Source of the DNA: an uncultured Candidatus Saccharibacteria bacterium
Lineage (GTDB): Bacteria > Patescibacteriota > Dojkabacteria > SC72
NCBI GenBank assembly: GCA_964449955.1
Contig: CAYVBS010000002.1
Location: 1-55,160 of the forward strand
DNA: 55,160 nt
Reading direction: 5' to 3'
This document shows positions 34,579 through 44,726 of the stretch, piece by piece; positions within the stretch are counted from its first letter, which is position 1, and every line of letters begins with the position of its first letter. The position numbers and the translations under genes are program-made. The notes below the pieces were generated by a model. That model had not been told where the DNA came from. It did no database searches and worked only from the letters and a program-made list of their open reading frames with translations.

Positions 34579-37320
34579 ATGAAATATACAATGTCTGTAT
34601 CAAAAAGTAATAGTAAGATAAGAAGAAGGAAGCTTGGTAAGAATGTTTCTGCCAAACGGTTAAATAATTATAGTCGAGTTAAGAAGTATGGTGGTAAGAG
34701 CAGTACATCTAAGAAGAATGCTATTGGTATAAAGGGTAATTCTTTGTTTACTGGGAAATTTAATAAGGCAAAGATTAGAAAGATTGCATATATAGTTGCA
34801 GGTATTGGCTTTTTCTTGGCTTGTGTAGCTTTAATCGTTGTTGGTATATATCTAAAGAATTTGCAGAATTCCCTGCCTTCTCCAGATGAGTTGGTAGAGA
34901 GATCTTCTGATCAGAGCACTCAGATATTTGATAGAAACGGTGAGCTTCTTTATACAGTGTATGGAGATCAGAACAGGGAATTTGTTTCAATTGACCAGAT
35001 CCCTGAACATACTAAATGGGCTTTACTTGCTGCGGAGGATATTGAATTCTATCAGCACAAGGGTATCGATTATACAGGTATTGTAATGTCCTTTATTAAA
35101 AATATGCAGGCAGGCTCTACAGTTAGGGGTGCTAGTACAATTACTCAACAGCTGGTGAAGGGTACCATTCTGTACGATGTGGTTGGAGATGAGATATATC
35201 AGAAGACATATTCGAGAAAGGTTAAAGAGATCCTCATTACAATGCAGGTTGAACAATCTTTCACTAAAGATCAGATTCTACAGATGTATATGAATGAGGT
35301 TCCTCTTGGTGGTGTTAACTATGGTTTCCAGGCTGCAGCTAATGCATATTTTGGTAAGGATGTAAGTGAGTTGGATTTAGCAGAGAGTGCTCTGTTAGCT
35401 GGCCTTATCCAGAGTCCTGGTTCTTACTCTCCTTTGTATGGTACTAATCCCGATATGGCCAAGGTTAGACAGAACTATGTGTTGGATCAGATGTTGAAAC
35501 ACAAAGATTTGACTGGTGTAACAGAGGAAGAGATAGAGGCTGCACGTAATCAGGAGTTAGCTTACAACAGTAAGAGAATTGATATTAAGGCTCCTCACTT
35601 TGTATTCTATATAAAGCAGATGTTGGAAGAGGAGTATGGTGTTGATCGTGTTGAGAGAGGTGGTTTAAAGGTTACGACCTCTTTGGATTTCTCTGTACAG
35701 GAGATAGCTGAAGAAGAATTAATAAAAACAATTAATGGGGAGGGTCATCGATACAATACATATAATGGGTCTGTTGTTGTAGTAGATCCCAATACTGGAG
35801 AAATATTGGCTATGGTAGGATCTGTTGATTACTGGAATACTGATGACAAGAGAATTGATGGTAACGTAAATACAGCTACTAGTCCTAGACAGGTAGGCTC
35901 TTCTGCAAAACCGTATACATATCTTGCAGCTATAACTAAGGGGTACGGTCCTTGGACAGTAGCACCGGATATAAAGATGACGTTTGGTAACTACAAACCT
36001 GAGAACTGGGACTTTAAGTATGAGGGTATTGGTACTTCTAGAAAGAATTTGGGTAGATCTCGAAATCTACCAGCAGTATATACTCTGCAATATACAGGTA
36101 TAGATACAATGCTTCAAACTGCCGAGAAGTTAGGAATAACGACGTTAAAGAACAAGGGGGATTACGGTTTAGCTTTGGCACTTGGTGCAGGTGAGATGAA
36201 GTTGGTTGAGCATACTGCAGCTTTTGGAGTGTTTGCAAATGAAGGAGAGAAGAACGATACAATTGCTGTGCTTAAGGTAGAGGATTCTAAAGGTAATGTA
36301 TTGGAAGAGGTAACTGAGTATACTCCTAAGAGAGTATTCTCTGAGCAGGAAATATACTTACTTAACTATACTCTTTGTGACTTAGGTGGACATGGAGATA
36401 GGCTTGGTGCTGGATATACAAGGGTTAGTGGTAAGAATGTATGTCTCAAGACAGGTACTACTAATGGACCAAAGGATGTTACTGCTGTAATGTATCACAA
36501 GAATTTAGTAGTCGGTGTATGGGCAGGTAATAATGATAATAGTACGCTAAGGGGTGCATGGGGTTCTTCCATTGCCCTTCCTATCGCCCACTCTATTACA
36601 AGTAGGTTGGCAGATAGATATCCGGTTGAATCTTTTACTAGACCTTCTGGGGTACTTTCTACTGCAGTTTGTACAGATACTGGAGCTATTCCTGCTGATG
36701 GTGTTGATTGTAAGAAGGAGGCTACGGTGTATATTTCTGGTCATGCTCCTCAGGTAGATAACAGAGAGAAGGTGTATATTTGCAAAGCCAATGGTTTACT
36801 GACATCAGATAATTTAGAGGCTGCTTTGCAATACAATCTGGTTGAAGAGAAAATATATTTAAATATCAATATTGAGAACAGACTCCAACAGGATGCATAT
36901 AGGAAGGCTTTAGGTAAGGCTTATATATTTGAGAAGCCAGAGGCTGGGAATTGCTCTCTTCCATTAGGACCTAATGAGGCTCCTGTAGTAGAGATAACTA
37001 AGCCAACTACTGGTTTGGAGGTTAATTCTGGAGAGAGTATTGAGATTGCAGGTTCAGTAAGATACTTAAGCTCTATTACCACTTTCTCTGTTGCTGTAGA
37101 TGGAAATCAAATACAAAATGTTTCTCTTAATCAGGAGGGTAAGTTTAGTGTAGTATACCCCGTTAACAATCTTACTTCTGGAGAACATGTGATCTCGGTC
37201 TCTGCAACAGATAACTTCGGAAAGAGTGATAGTAAATCGATCACCTTTACCGTTATCGGTGGGGTTGATAATAATGAGGATGTTTCTGGGGTTAATAACT
37301 CTAGACGTTCAAGGTTCTAA
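34579..37320 (+). CDS. class A penicillin-binding protein (transglycosylase + transpeptidase) with a C-terminal Ig-like extension
   Basis: The track ORF starts at TTG 34504; the first ATG is 34579 (MKYTMSV). GT51 motifs EDIEFYQHKGID and RGASTITQQLVK. Transpeptidase motifs SSAKP (SxxK) and KTGTT. Confidence 0.9.
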   Translation: MKYTMSVSKSNSKIRRRKLGKNVSAKRLNNYSRVKKYGGKSSTSKKNAIGIKGNSLFTGKFNKAKIRKIAYIVAGIGFFLACVALIVVGIYLKNLQNSLPSPDELVERSSDQSTQIFDRNGELLYTVYGDQNREFVSIDQIPEHTKWALLAAEDIEFYQHKGIDYTGIVMSFIKNMQAGSTVRGASTITQQLVKGTILYDVVGDEIYQKTYSRKVKEILITMQVEQSFTKDQILQMYMNEVPLGGVNYGFQAAANAYFGKDVSELDLAESALLAGLIQSPGSYSPLYGTNPDMAKVRQNYVLDQMLKHKDLTGVTEEEIEAARNQELAYNSKRIDIKAPHFVFYIKQMLEEEYGVDRVERGGLKVTTSLDFSVQEIAEEELIKTINGEGHRYNTYNGSVVVVDPNTGEILAMVGSVDYWNTDDKRIDGNVNTATSPRQVGSSAKPYTYLAAITKGYGPWTVAPDIKMTFGNYKPENWDFKYEGIGTSRKNLGRSRNLPAVYTLQYTGIDTMLQTAEKLGITTLKNKGDYGLALALGAGEMKLVEHTAAFGVFANEGEKNDTIAVLKVEDSKGNVLEEVTEYTPKRVFSEQEIYLLNYTLCDLGGHGDRLGAGYTRVSGKNVCLKTGTTNGPKDVTAVMYHKNLVVGVWAGNNDNSTLRGAWGSSIALPIAHSITSRLADRYPVESFTRPSGVLSTAVCTDTGAIPADGVDCKKEATVYISGHAPQVDNREKVYICKANGLLTSDNLEAALQYNLVEEKIYLNINIENRLQQDAYRKALGKAYIFEKPEAGNCSLPLGPNEAPVVEITKPTTGLEVNSGESIEIAGSVRYLSSITTFSVAVDGNQIQNVSLNQEGKFSVVYPVNNLTSGEHVISVSATDNFGKSDSKSITFTVIGGVDNNEDVSGVNNSRRSRF

Positions 37321-39800
37321 AGTTTCTTAACCTTCTCATCCAGTACTCTGAGAATCTTTTCAACATCTTTCGATGTTAAGGTTCTTTCTAAATGTTCTAG
37401 TGACAATCTGACTGTAATATTTTTACTCTCTGATTCACTATTTGCCTTGTATATATCAATACACTCTACTCTTACATTACTCTTTCTGTTTTCTACTGTA
37501 TCTCTAATTACTGTTTCCAATGTACTGTATTTTGTATCACTATCCACTGTGAATGATATATCCTGAGTTATAGCAGGGAATCTAGAGGTCTCGGTATATT
37601 TCTTAACTTCCCCCTTTATCTTCTTTAATACTTCCAGATTTACTTCTAAAGCAGAAGTATACTCAGGTAATTTGAAATTCTTTTTAACAGTGGGGTTGAT
37701 ATTTCCTAGTATACCGACAAAGTTTTTCTTGTTTCCATCATATTGATATATTACAGCACTACTATTTCTAGCAAATGAAGGAATTAAGTTCTTAAGCCAG
37801 ATGGGAAGATCTGTATCAGCAGTATCTGCAACTAATTCGTACTCTATATTGGTCACCCCTAGCTTACTAACTAACTTGTCAAAGTATCTTTTCACTTGAT
37901 AGTAAGGATTACCAGATAGGATGTCTTCTCTTGTGGTAAAGAGAAGGGACAGGTGCCAATCTTCTTTTGGTAATTCGAATTTGTCCATATATCCTTTTTG
38001 GTGGGATATATTAAACTCATACAAACAGAATGTAGGTATATTTCTATTAATATTCTGTTGAGCTTTCTCAAGCATTGATACTAAAAGTGAGGGTCGCATA
38101 AATTCAAGTTCTGGTGAAAGAGCATTTTTAATATGGTATGCAAGATTTACATCCTGATTAGCTTTCTCTATGAGACTACTGCTTACAAAATTGTATGTAT
38201 CTATTTCATTTGCTCCAGAGTTAGAAAGAATATTTCTAATCTTTTTCTTTATCTCAATTCCACTATTTAGCGCAGAAGCTTGGGTACTTCTTAATGGTAA
38301 GCTTGGGTTAATGTTTTCATATCCATATATTCTACCGATATCCTCATGAATGTCTTCGGGTATTAGGATGTCTCTTCTAAATGTAGGTGGAGTAACAGTC
38401 AGATATTCATCTCCCTGAGATACTGTGTTTATTTGATATTCAAGGTTTCTTAATATTTCAGACATATCATCTTTAGTTAAGGTTGTTCCTAAGTGAGTAT
38501 TAACGTAGGGTACAGAGAGCGTTATTTCTTTTGATATAGCTCTTAGAGGATATATATCTACTACATCACTTGCTACTATTCCATTTGCAAATTCTTTGAG
38601 TAATTCTACACACCTATTTAGTACTGGAAGGCACTGGTTTGGATCTTGAGCTCTAGTGAATCTTGTTACAGCATCTGTAGTGATGCCGTATGCCATAGAA
38701 GATTTTCTTACATTAAATCTGTCGAAGTTAGCACTTTCGATAATGATTCGTTTTGTATCACTATCAATCTCAGTATCTACACCTCCTATCATTCCTCCGA
38801 GTGCTATTGGATTGGTGCTATCAGCAATTACTAGTGTGTTACTATTCAACTCGACGACTCTATCATCAAGAGTGTGTATGCGTTCCCCTTCTCTTGCCAT
38901 TCTCACATTTATATATGCTGTTCCATTTGAATTGGGATCATTCTTAATTAGCTTGTCATAGTCAAAAGCATGTAATGGTTGCCCAGTTAGGATCATTAAG
39001 TAGTTAGTAATATCAACAATATTATTAATTGGTTTTATTCCGGTTCTCAAAAGTACTGATTTAAGCCATATGGGGGATTCTTCTACCTGGACATTATCTA
39101 TCGCTATACCCATATATCTGGGACATATTGTTTCTGCATCATTCTTAATCTCAAGGGGTAATATATTTCCTTCAGGTTTCAAGTTCAATGATTGCTCCTT
39201 ATACCACTGAGGGCTTTCAAAGGGTATGTTCTGTGCAGCTGCTAGCTCTCTTGCAAGACCTAGTACTCCAAAGAGATCTCCTCTATTAGTAAGAGCTTTG
39301 TTCTCAATTTCTATTACAGTATCATCTAGATTGTAATATTTTGAGAAGCTCTCACCTACTGGAGCATCACTTGGTAGCTTTAATACTTTAGTATGGTCTG
39401 AGCCAATGTTTAATTCTCTTTCTGAGCAAAGCATTCCGTTTGAGAGTACTCCTCTCATTTTAACTGCCTTGATCTTGAATTCCTCCGGGGTATTGTAAGT
39501 ACTGGGAACTATATTTCCAGGTTTAATATATGCTACCTTATCCCCTACTTCTAATGTTTTGTCTCCGGCAACCACCTGTATGCCCTCTTCTCCAGTATTA
39601 ATTTGATATATACTTAGCTTATCTGCATCTGTATGCTCACTTTTTTCTATGATCTGTGCAATTTGTATTCCTTCATATGCTTTAGACCATTGAGTAATAT
39701 TTTCTACCTCTCCTACCTTTGTAGCAAGTAGTTGGACAACTTCTTCATCTGAGAGATCTAGCTTGGTATATTCTCTTACTATATTTAATGGTAGTTTCAT
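37317..39800 (-). CDS. pheT: phenylalanyl-tRNA synthetase beta subunit
   Basis: 827 aa. tRNA-binding OB domain, B3/B4 and B5 domains, and C-terminal FDX-ACB-like region; sits immediately downstream of pheS. Confidence 0.9.
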   Translation of the reverse strand: MKLPLNIVREYTKLDLSDEEVVQLLATKVGEVENITQWSKAYEGIQIAQIIEKSEHTDADKLSIYQINTGEEGIQVVAGDKTLEVGDKVAYIKPGNIVPSTYNTPEEFKIKAVKMRGVLSNGMLCSERELNIGSDHTKVLKLPSDAPVGESFSKYYNLDDTVIEIENKALTNRGDLFGVLGLARELAAAQNIPFESPQWYKEQSLNLKPEGNILPLEIKNDAETICPRYMGIAIDNVQVEESPIWLKSVLLRTGIKPINNIVDITNYLMILTGQPLHAFDYDKLIKNDPNSNGTAYINVRMAREGERIHTLDDRVVELNSNTLVIADSTNPIALGGMIGGVDTEIDSDTKRIIIESANFDRFNVRKSSMAYGITTDAVTRFTRAQDPNQCLPVLNRCVELLKEFANGIVASDVVDIYPLRAISKEITLSVPYVNTHLGTTLTKDDMSEILRNLEYQINTVSQGDEYLTVTPPTFRRDILIPEDIHEDIGRIYGYENINPSLPLRSTQASALNSGIEIKKKIRNILSNSGANEIDTYNFVSSSLIEKANQDVNLAYHIKNALSPELEFMRPSLLVSMLEKAQQNINRNIPTFCLYEFNISHQKGYMDKFELPKEDWHLSLLFTTREDILSGNPYYQVKRYFDKLVSKLGVTNIEYELVADTADTDLPIWLKNLIPSFARNSSAVIYQYDGNKKNFVGILGNINPTVKKNFKLPEYTSALEVNLEVLKKIKGEVKKYTETSRFPAITQDISFTVDSDTKYSTLETVIRDTVENRKSNVRVECIDIYKANSESESKNITVRLSLEHLERTLTSKDVEKILRVLDEKVKKL

Positions 39801-39802
39801 TT

Positions 39803-40831
39803 TTAGAATTGTCTCAAGAAATTAATATCTCCGTCTCTTAATTTGCGGATATCAGTTATTCCTAGCTTTATAGCAGTAAGTCTGTCTAATCCTACTCCCC
39901 ATGCAAAACCGGTATATTCATTTGGATCTATTCCTCCTGCTCTTAGAACATTTGGATGTATCATTCCACAGCCCATTAGCTCTATCCACCCAGTATATCC
40001 GCATGCAGAGCATCCACTCTTCTTACAGAATGGACAGCTTATTACAAACTCTGTATCAGGTTCTGTAAAGGGGAAGTATGCTGGTTGGACCTTGATCTCT
40101 AAGTCTGTCTCTAAGTAACTTTCTAAGTACTCTTTTATGACACCTTGCATATGGGCAAGTGAGATGCCCTTGTCTACATATATCCCCTCTATTTGATAGA
40201 AGGTGTGCTCATGACTTGCATCTGTGGCTTCATTTCTAAAACATCTTCCGGGTAATACTACTCTAATTGGTGGAGGTCCTAATCTTCTCAGTGCTCTGTT
40301 TTGCATTGTAGAGGTGTGTGCAGGTAGTACATATCCATCATCTGTCCAGAATGTGTCATACATGTCCCTAGCGGGATGTCCTTTGGGAAAGTTCAGGCTT
40401 TCAAACATATGGAAATCGTCATCAATCTGTTTGCTTTCCAATATCTCAAAGCCCATTCTTTGGAATATATTGAGGATCTTCTCCAGCTCCTGCATTAGGG
40501 GATGGGAAGTACCATGCAAATCTAATATGTGAGGTCTACTATCTGTTGGGGTATTAACATCAAATGGTGCTGTTGGATCTATTCTTACATCTTCATGCTT
40601 GTCTGTTTCTTCTGCATTCTTCTCATTGATTGCGCTTTCAAGAATTCCTTTTATTTCATTTACACTCTTTCCATACTTTGCTTTCTGGTCATTGGGGATA
40701 TTTGCAATATCTTTAAACAGCTGAGTAAGTATTCCATCTTTGGAAAGATATTTGTTCTTTAATTCTGTGGATGAGAGTTTCTTAATGTCTTCTTTTACTT
40801 CATTTAGTACAGTATTAAGATTGTTTTCCAT
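39803..40831 (-). CDS. pheS: phenylalanyl-tRNA synthetase alpha subunit
   Basis: 342 aa. HPARDMYDTFW, FRNE...THEHTFYQIEG, GFAWGVGLDRL. Confidence 0.95.
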   Translation of the reverse strand: MENNLNTVLNEVKEDIKKLSSTELKNKYLSKDGILTQLFKDIANIPNDQKAKYGKSVNEIKGILESAINEKNAEETDKHEDVRIDPTAPFDVNTPTDSRPHILDLHGTSHPLMQELEKILNIFQRMGFEILESKQIDDDFHMFESLNFPKGHPARDMYDTFWTDDGYVLPAHTSTMQNRALRRLGPPPIRVVLPGRCFRNEATDASHEHTFYQIEGIYVDKGISLAHMQGVIKEYLESYLETDLEIKVQPAYFPFTEPDTEFVISCPFCKKSGCSACGYTGWIELMGCGMIHPNVLRAGGIDPNEYTGFAWGVGLDRLTAIKLGITDIRKLRDGDINFLRQF

Positions 40832-40891
40832 AGGTTATTCTTCTGAGTTTATGTTGAAAGTATACAATATTTTAATACTAAAAGAACATAT

Positions 40892-40920
40892 TAAAAAGAA
40901 AAAGGACTCCGTAGAGTCCT
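40892..40920 (-). terminator. intrinsic terminator between rplT and pheS
   Basis: On the minus strand, AGGACTC TACG GAGTCCT followed by TTTTTCTTTTT, 24 nt after the rplT stop. Confidence 0.75.
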
Positions 40921-40943
40921 TTAAAAATCTATTTAGGAAGACT

Positions 40944-41282
40944 CTACAGACTTTTTACAATAAAGGAAAAAGTTTTAGGGTCATCCATTGCAATATCAGC
41001 TAGTACCTTTCTGTTTAGTTCAATATTCTTAGCTTTCAAACCACTTATCAGATCACTGTACTTAATATCATTCTGCTTACATGCAGCACTAATCTTTTGT
41101 ATCCAAAGCTCTCTCATCTGACTCGCTCTTCTCTGTCTGTGGTTGTATGCATACTGTCCTGCATGCATATATGCTTCATGAGCAACCTTGTAGAGGTTGT
41201 TCTTTGTCATTCTGTATCCCTTGGTTTGGGAGAGAATTTTGTTATGTCTTCTTTTTCTAACTGTTCCGCCTTTAACTCTCAT
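40944..41282 (-). CDS. rplT: 50S ribosomal protein L20
   Basis: 112 aa. MRVKGGTVRKRRHNKIL...AYNHRQRRASQMRELWI. Confidence 0.95.
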   Translation of the reverse strand: MRVKGGTVRKRRHNKILSQTKGYRMTKNNLYKVAHEAYMHAGQYAYNHRQRRASQMRELWIQKISAACKQNDIKYSDLISGLKAKNIELNRKVLADIAMDDPKTFSFIVKSL

Positions 41283-41289
41283 CTCTAGT

Positions 41290-41505
41290 TTACTTTAAGT
41301 TAACAACTTTTCTTTTTAAGCTTTTCTGTAATGGTTTGTATACATGAGCATCATCACTTTGTCTTCGCTTCTGCTTAGTGGATTTCTTGGTCTTTAGATG
41401 ACCCTGGCTGCTCTGTTTGTACATCATCTTAGCTTTTCTATTTCCCTTTGGATTGGAAAGCTTAATTCTCTTTATTGCTGTTTTGTTTGTCTTTTGTCTT
41501 GCCAT
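41290..41505 (-). CDS. rpmI: 50S ribosomal protein L35
   Basis: 71 aa, very basic. MARQKTNKTAIKRIK...HLKTKKSTKQKR. Confidence 0.85.
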   Translation of the reverse strand: MARQKTNKTAIKRIKLSNPKGNRKAKMMYKQSSQGHLKTKKSTKQKRRQSDDAHVYKPLQKSLKRKVVNLK

Positions 41506-42028
41506 TTTTCTTAAAAGAAATACTTATTCTATTGCCTTCTCTTTTTGGCTCGGGTTCGATACTACTATATTCAGTAAAATTAGTCAATATTCGATCAAAT
41601 ACCTCCCTTGCTTGCTCATATGTTTGTCTACCTCTCTTGGTTACAGTGATTTGGACAGGGTGTCCCTTTTCTAAGAATTCTGTAGCTCTTCTTACTCTAG
41701 TTTGCAAATCTCCAACATCTATTACTGTACTAAATCTGAATTCCTTTAAATCTTTTGCTTTTCCTAGTTTCTTACTTTGTCTTTGTTTTTTATTCTGTTC
41801 ATATACATATTTGGAGTAATCCATAATTCTGCAAACAGGTGGTTTAGCTGTTGCTCCAACTTCTACGAGGTCTAATCCCGCTTCTTGGGCTAGTTTCCTT
41901 GCCTCATCTGTGGGAACTACTCCTTTGTTGTTTCCATCTTGATCTATGAGCATGACTTCTGGAACTTTGATCCACTCATTTCTTCTTGCTCCAAAGTCTC
42001 TATTAGGTTTAGGGGTATTTGAATCCAT
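41462..42028 (-). CDS. infC: translation initiation factor IF-3
   Basis: 188 aa. NEWIKVPEVMLIDQDGNNKGVVPTDEARKLAQEAGLDLVEV. ATG start (not AUU). The Lys-rich C-terminal tail overlaps the rpmI start by 44 nt. Confidence 0.9.
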   Translation of the reverse strand: MDSNTPKPNRDFGARRNEWIKVPEVMLIDQDGNNKGVVPTDEARKLAQEAGLDLVEVGATAKPPVCRIMDYSKYVYEQNKKQRQSKKLGKAKDLKEFRFSTVIDVGDLQTRVRRATEFLEKGHPVQITVTKRGRQTYEQAREVFDRILTNFTEYSSIEPEPKREGNRISISFKKNGKTKDKQNSNKEN

Positions 42029-42059
42029 CTTTTATGTATTAAAATATTTAAATTTAATT

Positions 42060-43817
42060 TTACTTTCCTTTATTACGGATTTCTTCTTTGAGGAAATCTA
42101 TAAATTCTTGCTGTTTCATTAATCCTATCTCCTTATGGAGTCTAGATCTTACAGAAACAGTTCCTGTCTCTATCTCTTTGTCTCCCACTATGACAACATA
42201 TGGAATCTTTAATTTCTCAGCATCTCTTATCTTTGACTGCATACTCTTGTTTCTGTCATCGATCTCAACTCGGATATCTGCATTTTTTAGTGCTTCAAGT
42301 ATTCCATTGGCATATTCCATATGTTTTTCGGATATTGGAACTATCACTACCTGATCTGGTGCTAACCATAGGGGGAAATCACCTCCGTGATGCTCAATGA
42401 GGAAAGCAAAGAATCTCTCAAATGAACCAATCAGTGCTCTGTGAATTACATATGGCTGTTTCTCTTCTCCATTGCTGTCTACATAGGTGAGATTGAATCT
42501 TTCTGGCATGTTGAAGTCTAATTGAACTGTAGATACAGAATCTTCTTTACCGAAGACATTTACTGCCTGAATATCAATCTTGGGGCCGTAGAAGGCTGCA
42601 TCTCCTGGCATCTCTTCATACTCTAGACCTCTTTTCTCTAGTACGGATCTTAGTGCTTCTTCTCCGAATTGCCATTTTTCTTGTTCGCCTACATACTTGT
42701 CCGATTTGTTCTCCCAATCTGAGAGAGAGAGTCTAAATTTGTAGTTATCAAAGCCTACATCTTTGTAGAAAGTATCGAGCAGATCCAAGGTCTCGTTTAG
42801 AACATCTTCTAACTGCTCAGGAGTACAGAAAAGATGAGCATCGTTTTGAGTAAAACCTCTAACTCTCTGTAAGCCATGAAGTTCTCCTGATTTCTCAAAT
42901 CTATATACTGTACCAAACTCGCCAAGCTTGTAAGGTAGATCTCTGTAGCTCTTAGGTTCTAGTTTGTATACCATGAATCCTGCTGGACAGTTCATAGGTT
43001 TAAGGTAGTAATCTTCCTCTTCTACCCTTATCGGAGCATACATAGAGTCTTTGTAAAAGCCTAGGTGTCCCGATATCTCAAAAAGTTGTCCCCTGTTAAT
43101 GTGTGGTGTAAGAATATGCTCATATCCGTTCTTTCTTTCCAAGTCTATCATGTAGTCTTCAAGTATTCTTCTAATCGTATATCCTCTTGGAAGCCATACG
43201 GGTAATCCCTGTCCTATCTCAGGAATTATCGCAAACAGTTTTAACTGTCTACCCAATATCCTATGATTTCGTTTCTCTGCTTCTTCTAACTGAGTTAGGT
43301 ACTTCTTAAGATCCTCTTTTGTTTCAAATGCAGCACCATATATTCTAGTTAACATCTTGTTAGCTTCATTCCCTTTCCAGTATGCACCTGCAGTTTTAAT
43401 TAGCTTCAAAGGTCCAATATCTCCTGTGTCTTCTACATGAGGACCTCTACAAAGGTCTACGAATTCTCCTTCTCCAGTTACATAGAAGCTTAATTCTTCA
43501 TCAGGGATATCTTTGATTAATTCTAGTTTGTAATCCTGGCCAATCTCTTTTAGATATTGGATAGCATTTTTACGCTTCATAAAGGATTGTTTAACAGGAA
43601 GCTTTCTTTTGATGATCTTGTTCATCTCCTTCTCTATCTGTTTAAGGTCTTCTTCTTCGATTGGTTCTGTAAAGTCAAAGTCGTAGTAGAATCCGTTTTC
43701 AATAGCGGGTCCTATTCCCAGCTTAGTATCTGGATACAGTTTTAATACTGCTTGTGCTAATACATGGGAAGCAGTATGTCTCATTTTTTCAATATTACTT
43801 ACTTCTTCTTTGTTCAT
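42060..43817 (-). CDS. thrS: threonyl-tRNA synthetase lacking the N-terminal TGS domain
   Basis: 585 aa. It begins directly in the editing/SAD domain (MRHTASHVLAQAV...GPAIENGFYYDF), followed by the class II core and anticodon-binding domain. Confidence 0.9.
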   Translation of the reverse strand: MNKEEVSNIEKMRHTASHVLAQAVLKLYPDTKLGIGPAIENGFYYDFDFTEPIEEEDLKQIEKEMNKIIKRKLPVKQSFMKRKNAIQYLKEIGQDYKLELIKDIPDEELSFYVTGEGEFVDLCRGPHVEDTGDIGPLKLIKTAGAYWKGNEANKMLTRIYGAAFETKEDLKKYLTQLEEAEKRNHRILGRQLKLFAIIPEIGQGLPVWLPRGYTIRRILEDYMIDLERKNGYEHILTPHINRGQLFEISGHLGFYKDSMYAPIRVEEEDYYLKPMNCPAGFMVYKLEPKSYRDLPYKLGEFGTVYRFEKSGELHGLQRVRGFTQNDAHLFCTPEQLEDVLNETLDLLDTFYKDVGFDNYKFRLSLSDWENKSDKYVGEQEKWQFGEEALRSVLEKRGLEYEEMPGDAAFYGPKIDIQAVNVFGKEDSVSTVQLDFNMPERFNLTYVDSNGEEKQPYVIHRALIGSFERFFAFLIEHHGGDFPLWLAPDQVVIVPISEKHMEYANGILEALKNADIRVEIDDRNKSMQSKIRDAEKLKIPYVVIVGDKEIETGTVSVRSRLHKEIGLMKQQEFIDFLKEEIRNKGK

Positions 43818-43969
43818 GGTTAAAATAGATAATTAAATGTAATGTGGAAAAGTTTTTTCCAAGGAAAAACAGACATTAAAAAGATGTCGGATATACAATT
43901 TTTGTAAGTTTTGATTTGGTAATACCAAATATTTTGTACATTGAATGTATTTTATGTGTTTTTAAATGA

Positions 43970-44713
43970 TTATGCAATGTTTGTTTTTACAATGAAGAAG
44001 CTGATGGCATTTAATCCAAAGTCATATACCTCTACCCTCTTTATATTTTCCAACTCTAGTAGATCGATTGGATATCTTCTTGGATGCTTCACTATTAGAA
44101 CTCCCTTGAAAACTTTCTTTTTAGGTGTTCTTACTCCTGGTAGTAGTTTACTTGCCATATTAATGACTTCCTGCATTTTGTGTACTCTTTTTCTGTTGTA
44201 CAGTTTGTATGGGGGGTCCATAAAGATTAGATCGAAGGCAGTATCTTCACTTTGCTGTTTGTAGAGGTAATCTTCTACCTTGGACTTTATTACAGTTGCT
44301 TCTGGTAAGAAACCTGCATGGGCAATGTTTTTCTTTAATACAAAATCAGCCTGTTTGGAGGCGTCTACCAAGGTAGCTTCTTTTGCTCCTCTGGAGAGTG
44401 CTTCTAGTGCAAAGGATCCTGCTCCTGCATAGAGATCAAGTACTGTTTTGTTAGCAATATCCTCTCTAAGGAGATCAAAGATTCTTACTTTCATCCTATC
44501 TGTAAGTGGTCGTGTTTTTCGAGGGATATCTATTAGTATGTTCTTAGCCCTACCTCCAGTTATTCTTACTTGTCCTATAATGGTAGGTTCTTTTGCTTGA
44601 AGTCTTTCTTTGGCAAATGTATCTTCTCTTTCTTCATACTCTTCCCAAGAGTCCACTTCCCATTTGGCTTTCTCTTTTCTTAATTTTTTAGGTGAATCGA
44701 ATTTTAAACTCAT
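43970..44713 (-). CDS. rsmD: RsmD-family RNA (guanine-N2) methyltransferase with a charged N-terminal extension
   Basis: 247 aa. VLDLYAGAGSFALEALSRGA (motif I), IFMDPPY (DPPY). Confidence 0.7.
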   Translation of the reverse strand: MSLKFDSPKKLRKEKAKWEVDSWEEYEEREDTFAKERLQAKEPTIIGQVRITGGRAKNILIDIPRKTRPLTDRMKVRIFDLLREDIANKTVLDLYAGAGSFALEALSRGAKEATLVDASKQADFVLKKNIAHAGFLPEATVIKSKVEDYLYKQQSEDTAFDLIFMDPPYKLYNRKRVHKMQEVINMASKLLPGVRTPKKKVFKGVLIVKHPRRYPIDLLELENIKRVEVYDFGLNAISFFIVKTNIA

Positions 44714-44726
44714 GAGGCTAATTATA

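Noticed and set aside
34322-34655. Minus-strand ORFs 34322-34567 and 34458-34655 in the hisS-PBP intergenic region.
   Set aside because: They overlap the hisS 5' end and the PBP 5' end, have odd composition, and have no start context. They are most likely spurious.
43916-43928. The near-palindrome TTGGTAATACCAA about 100 nt upstream of thrS, and an inverted 12-nt match to ATATTTGGTATT next to the tRNA at 20226-20237.
   Set aside because: These are short, AT-rich, low-information matches expected by chance in this composition, and no supporting structure or conservation is visible.
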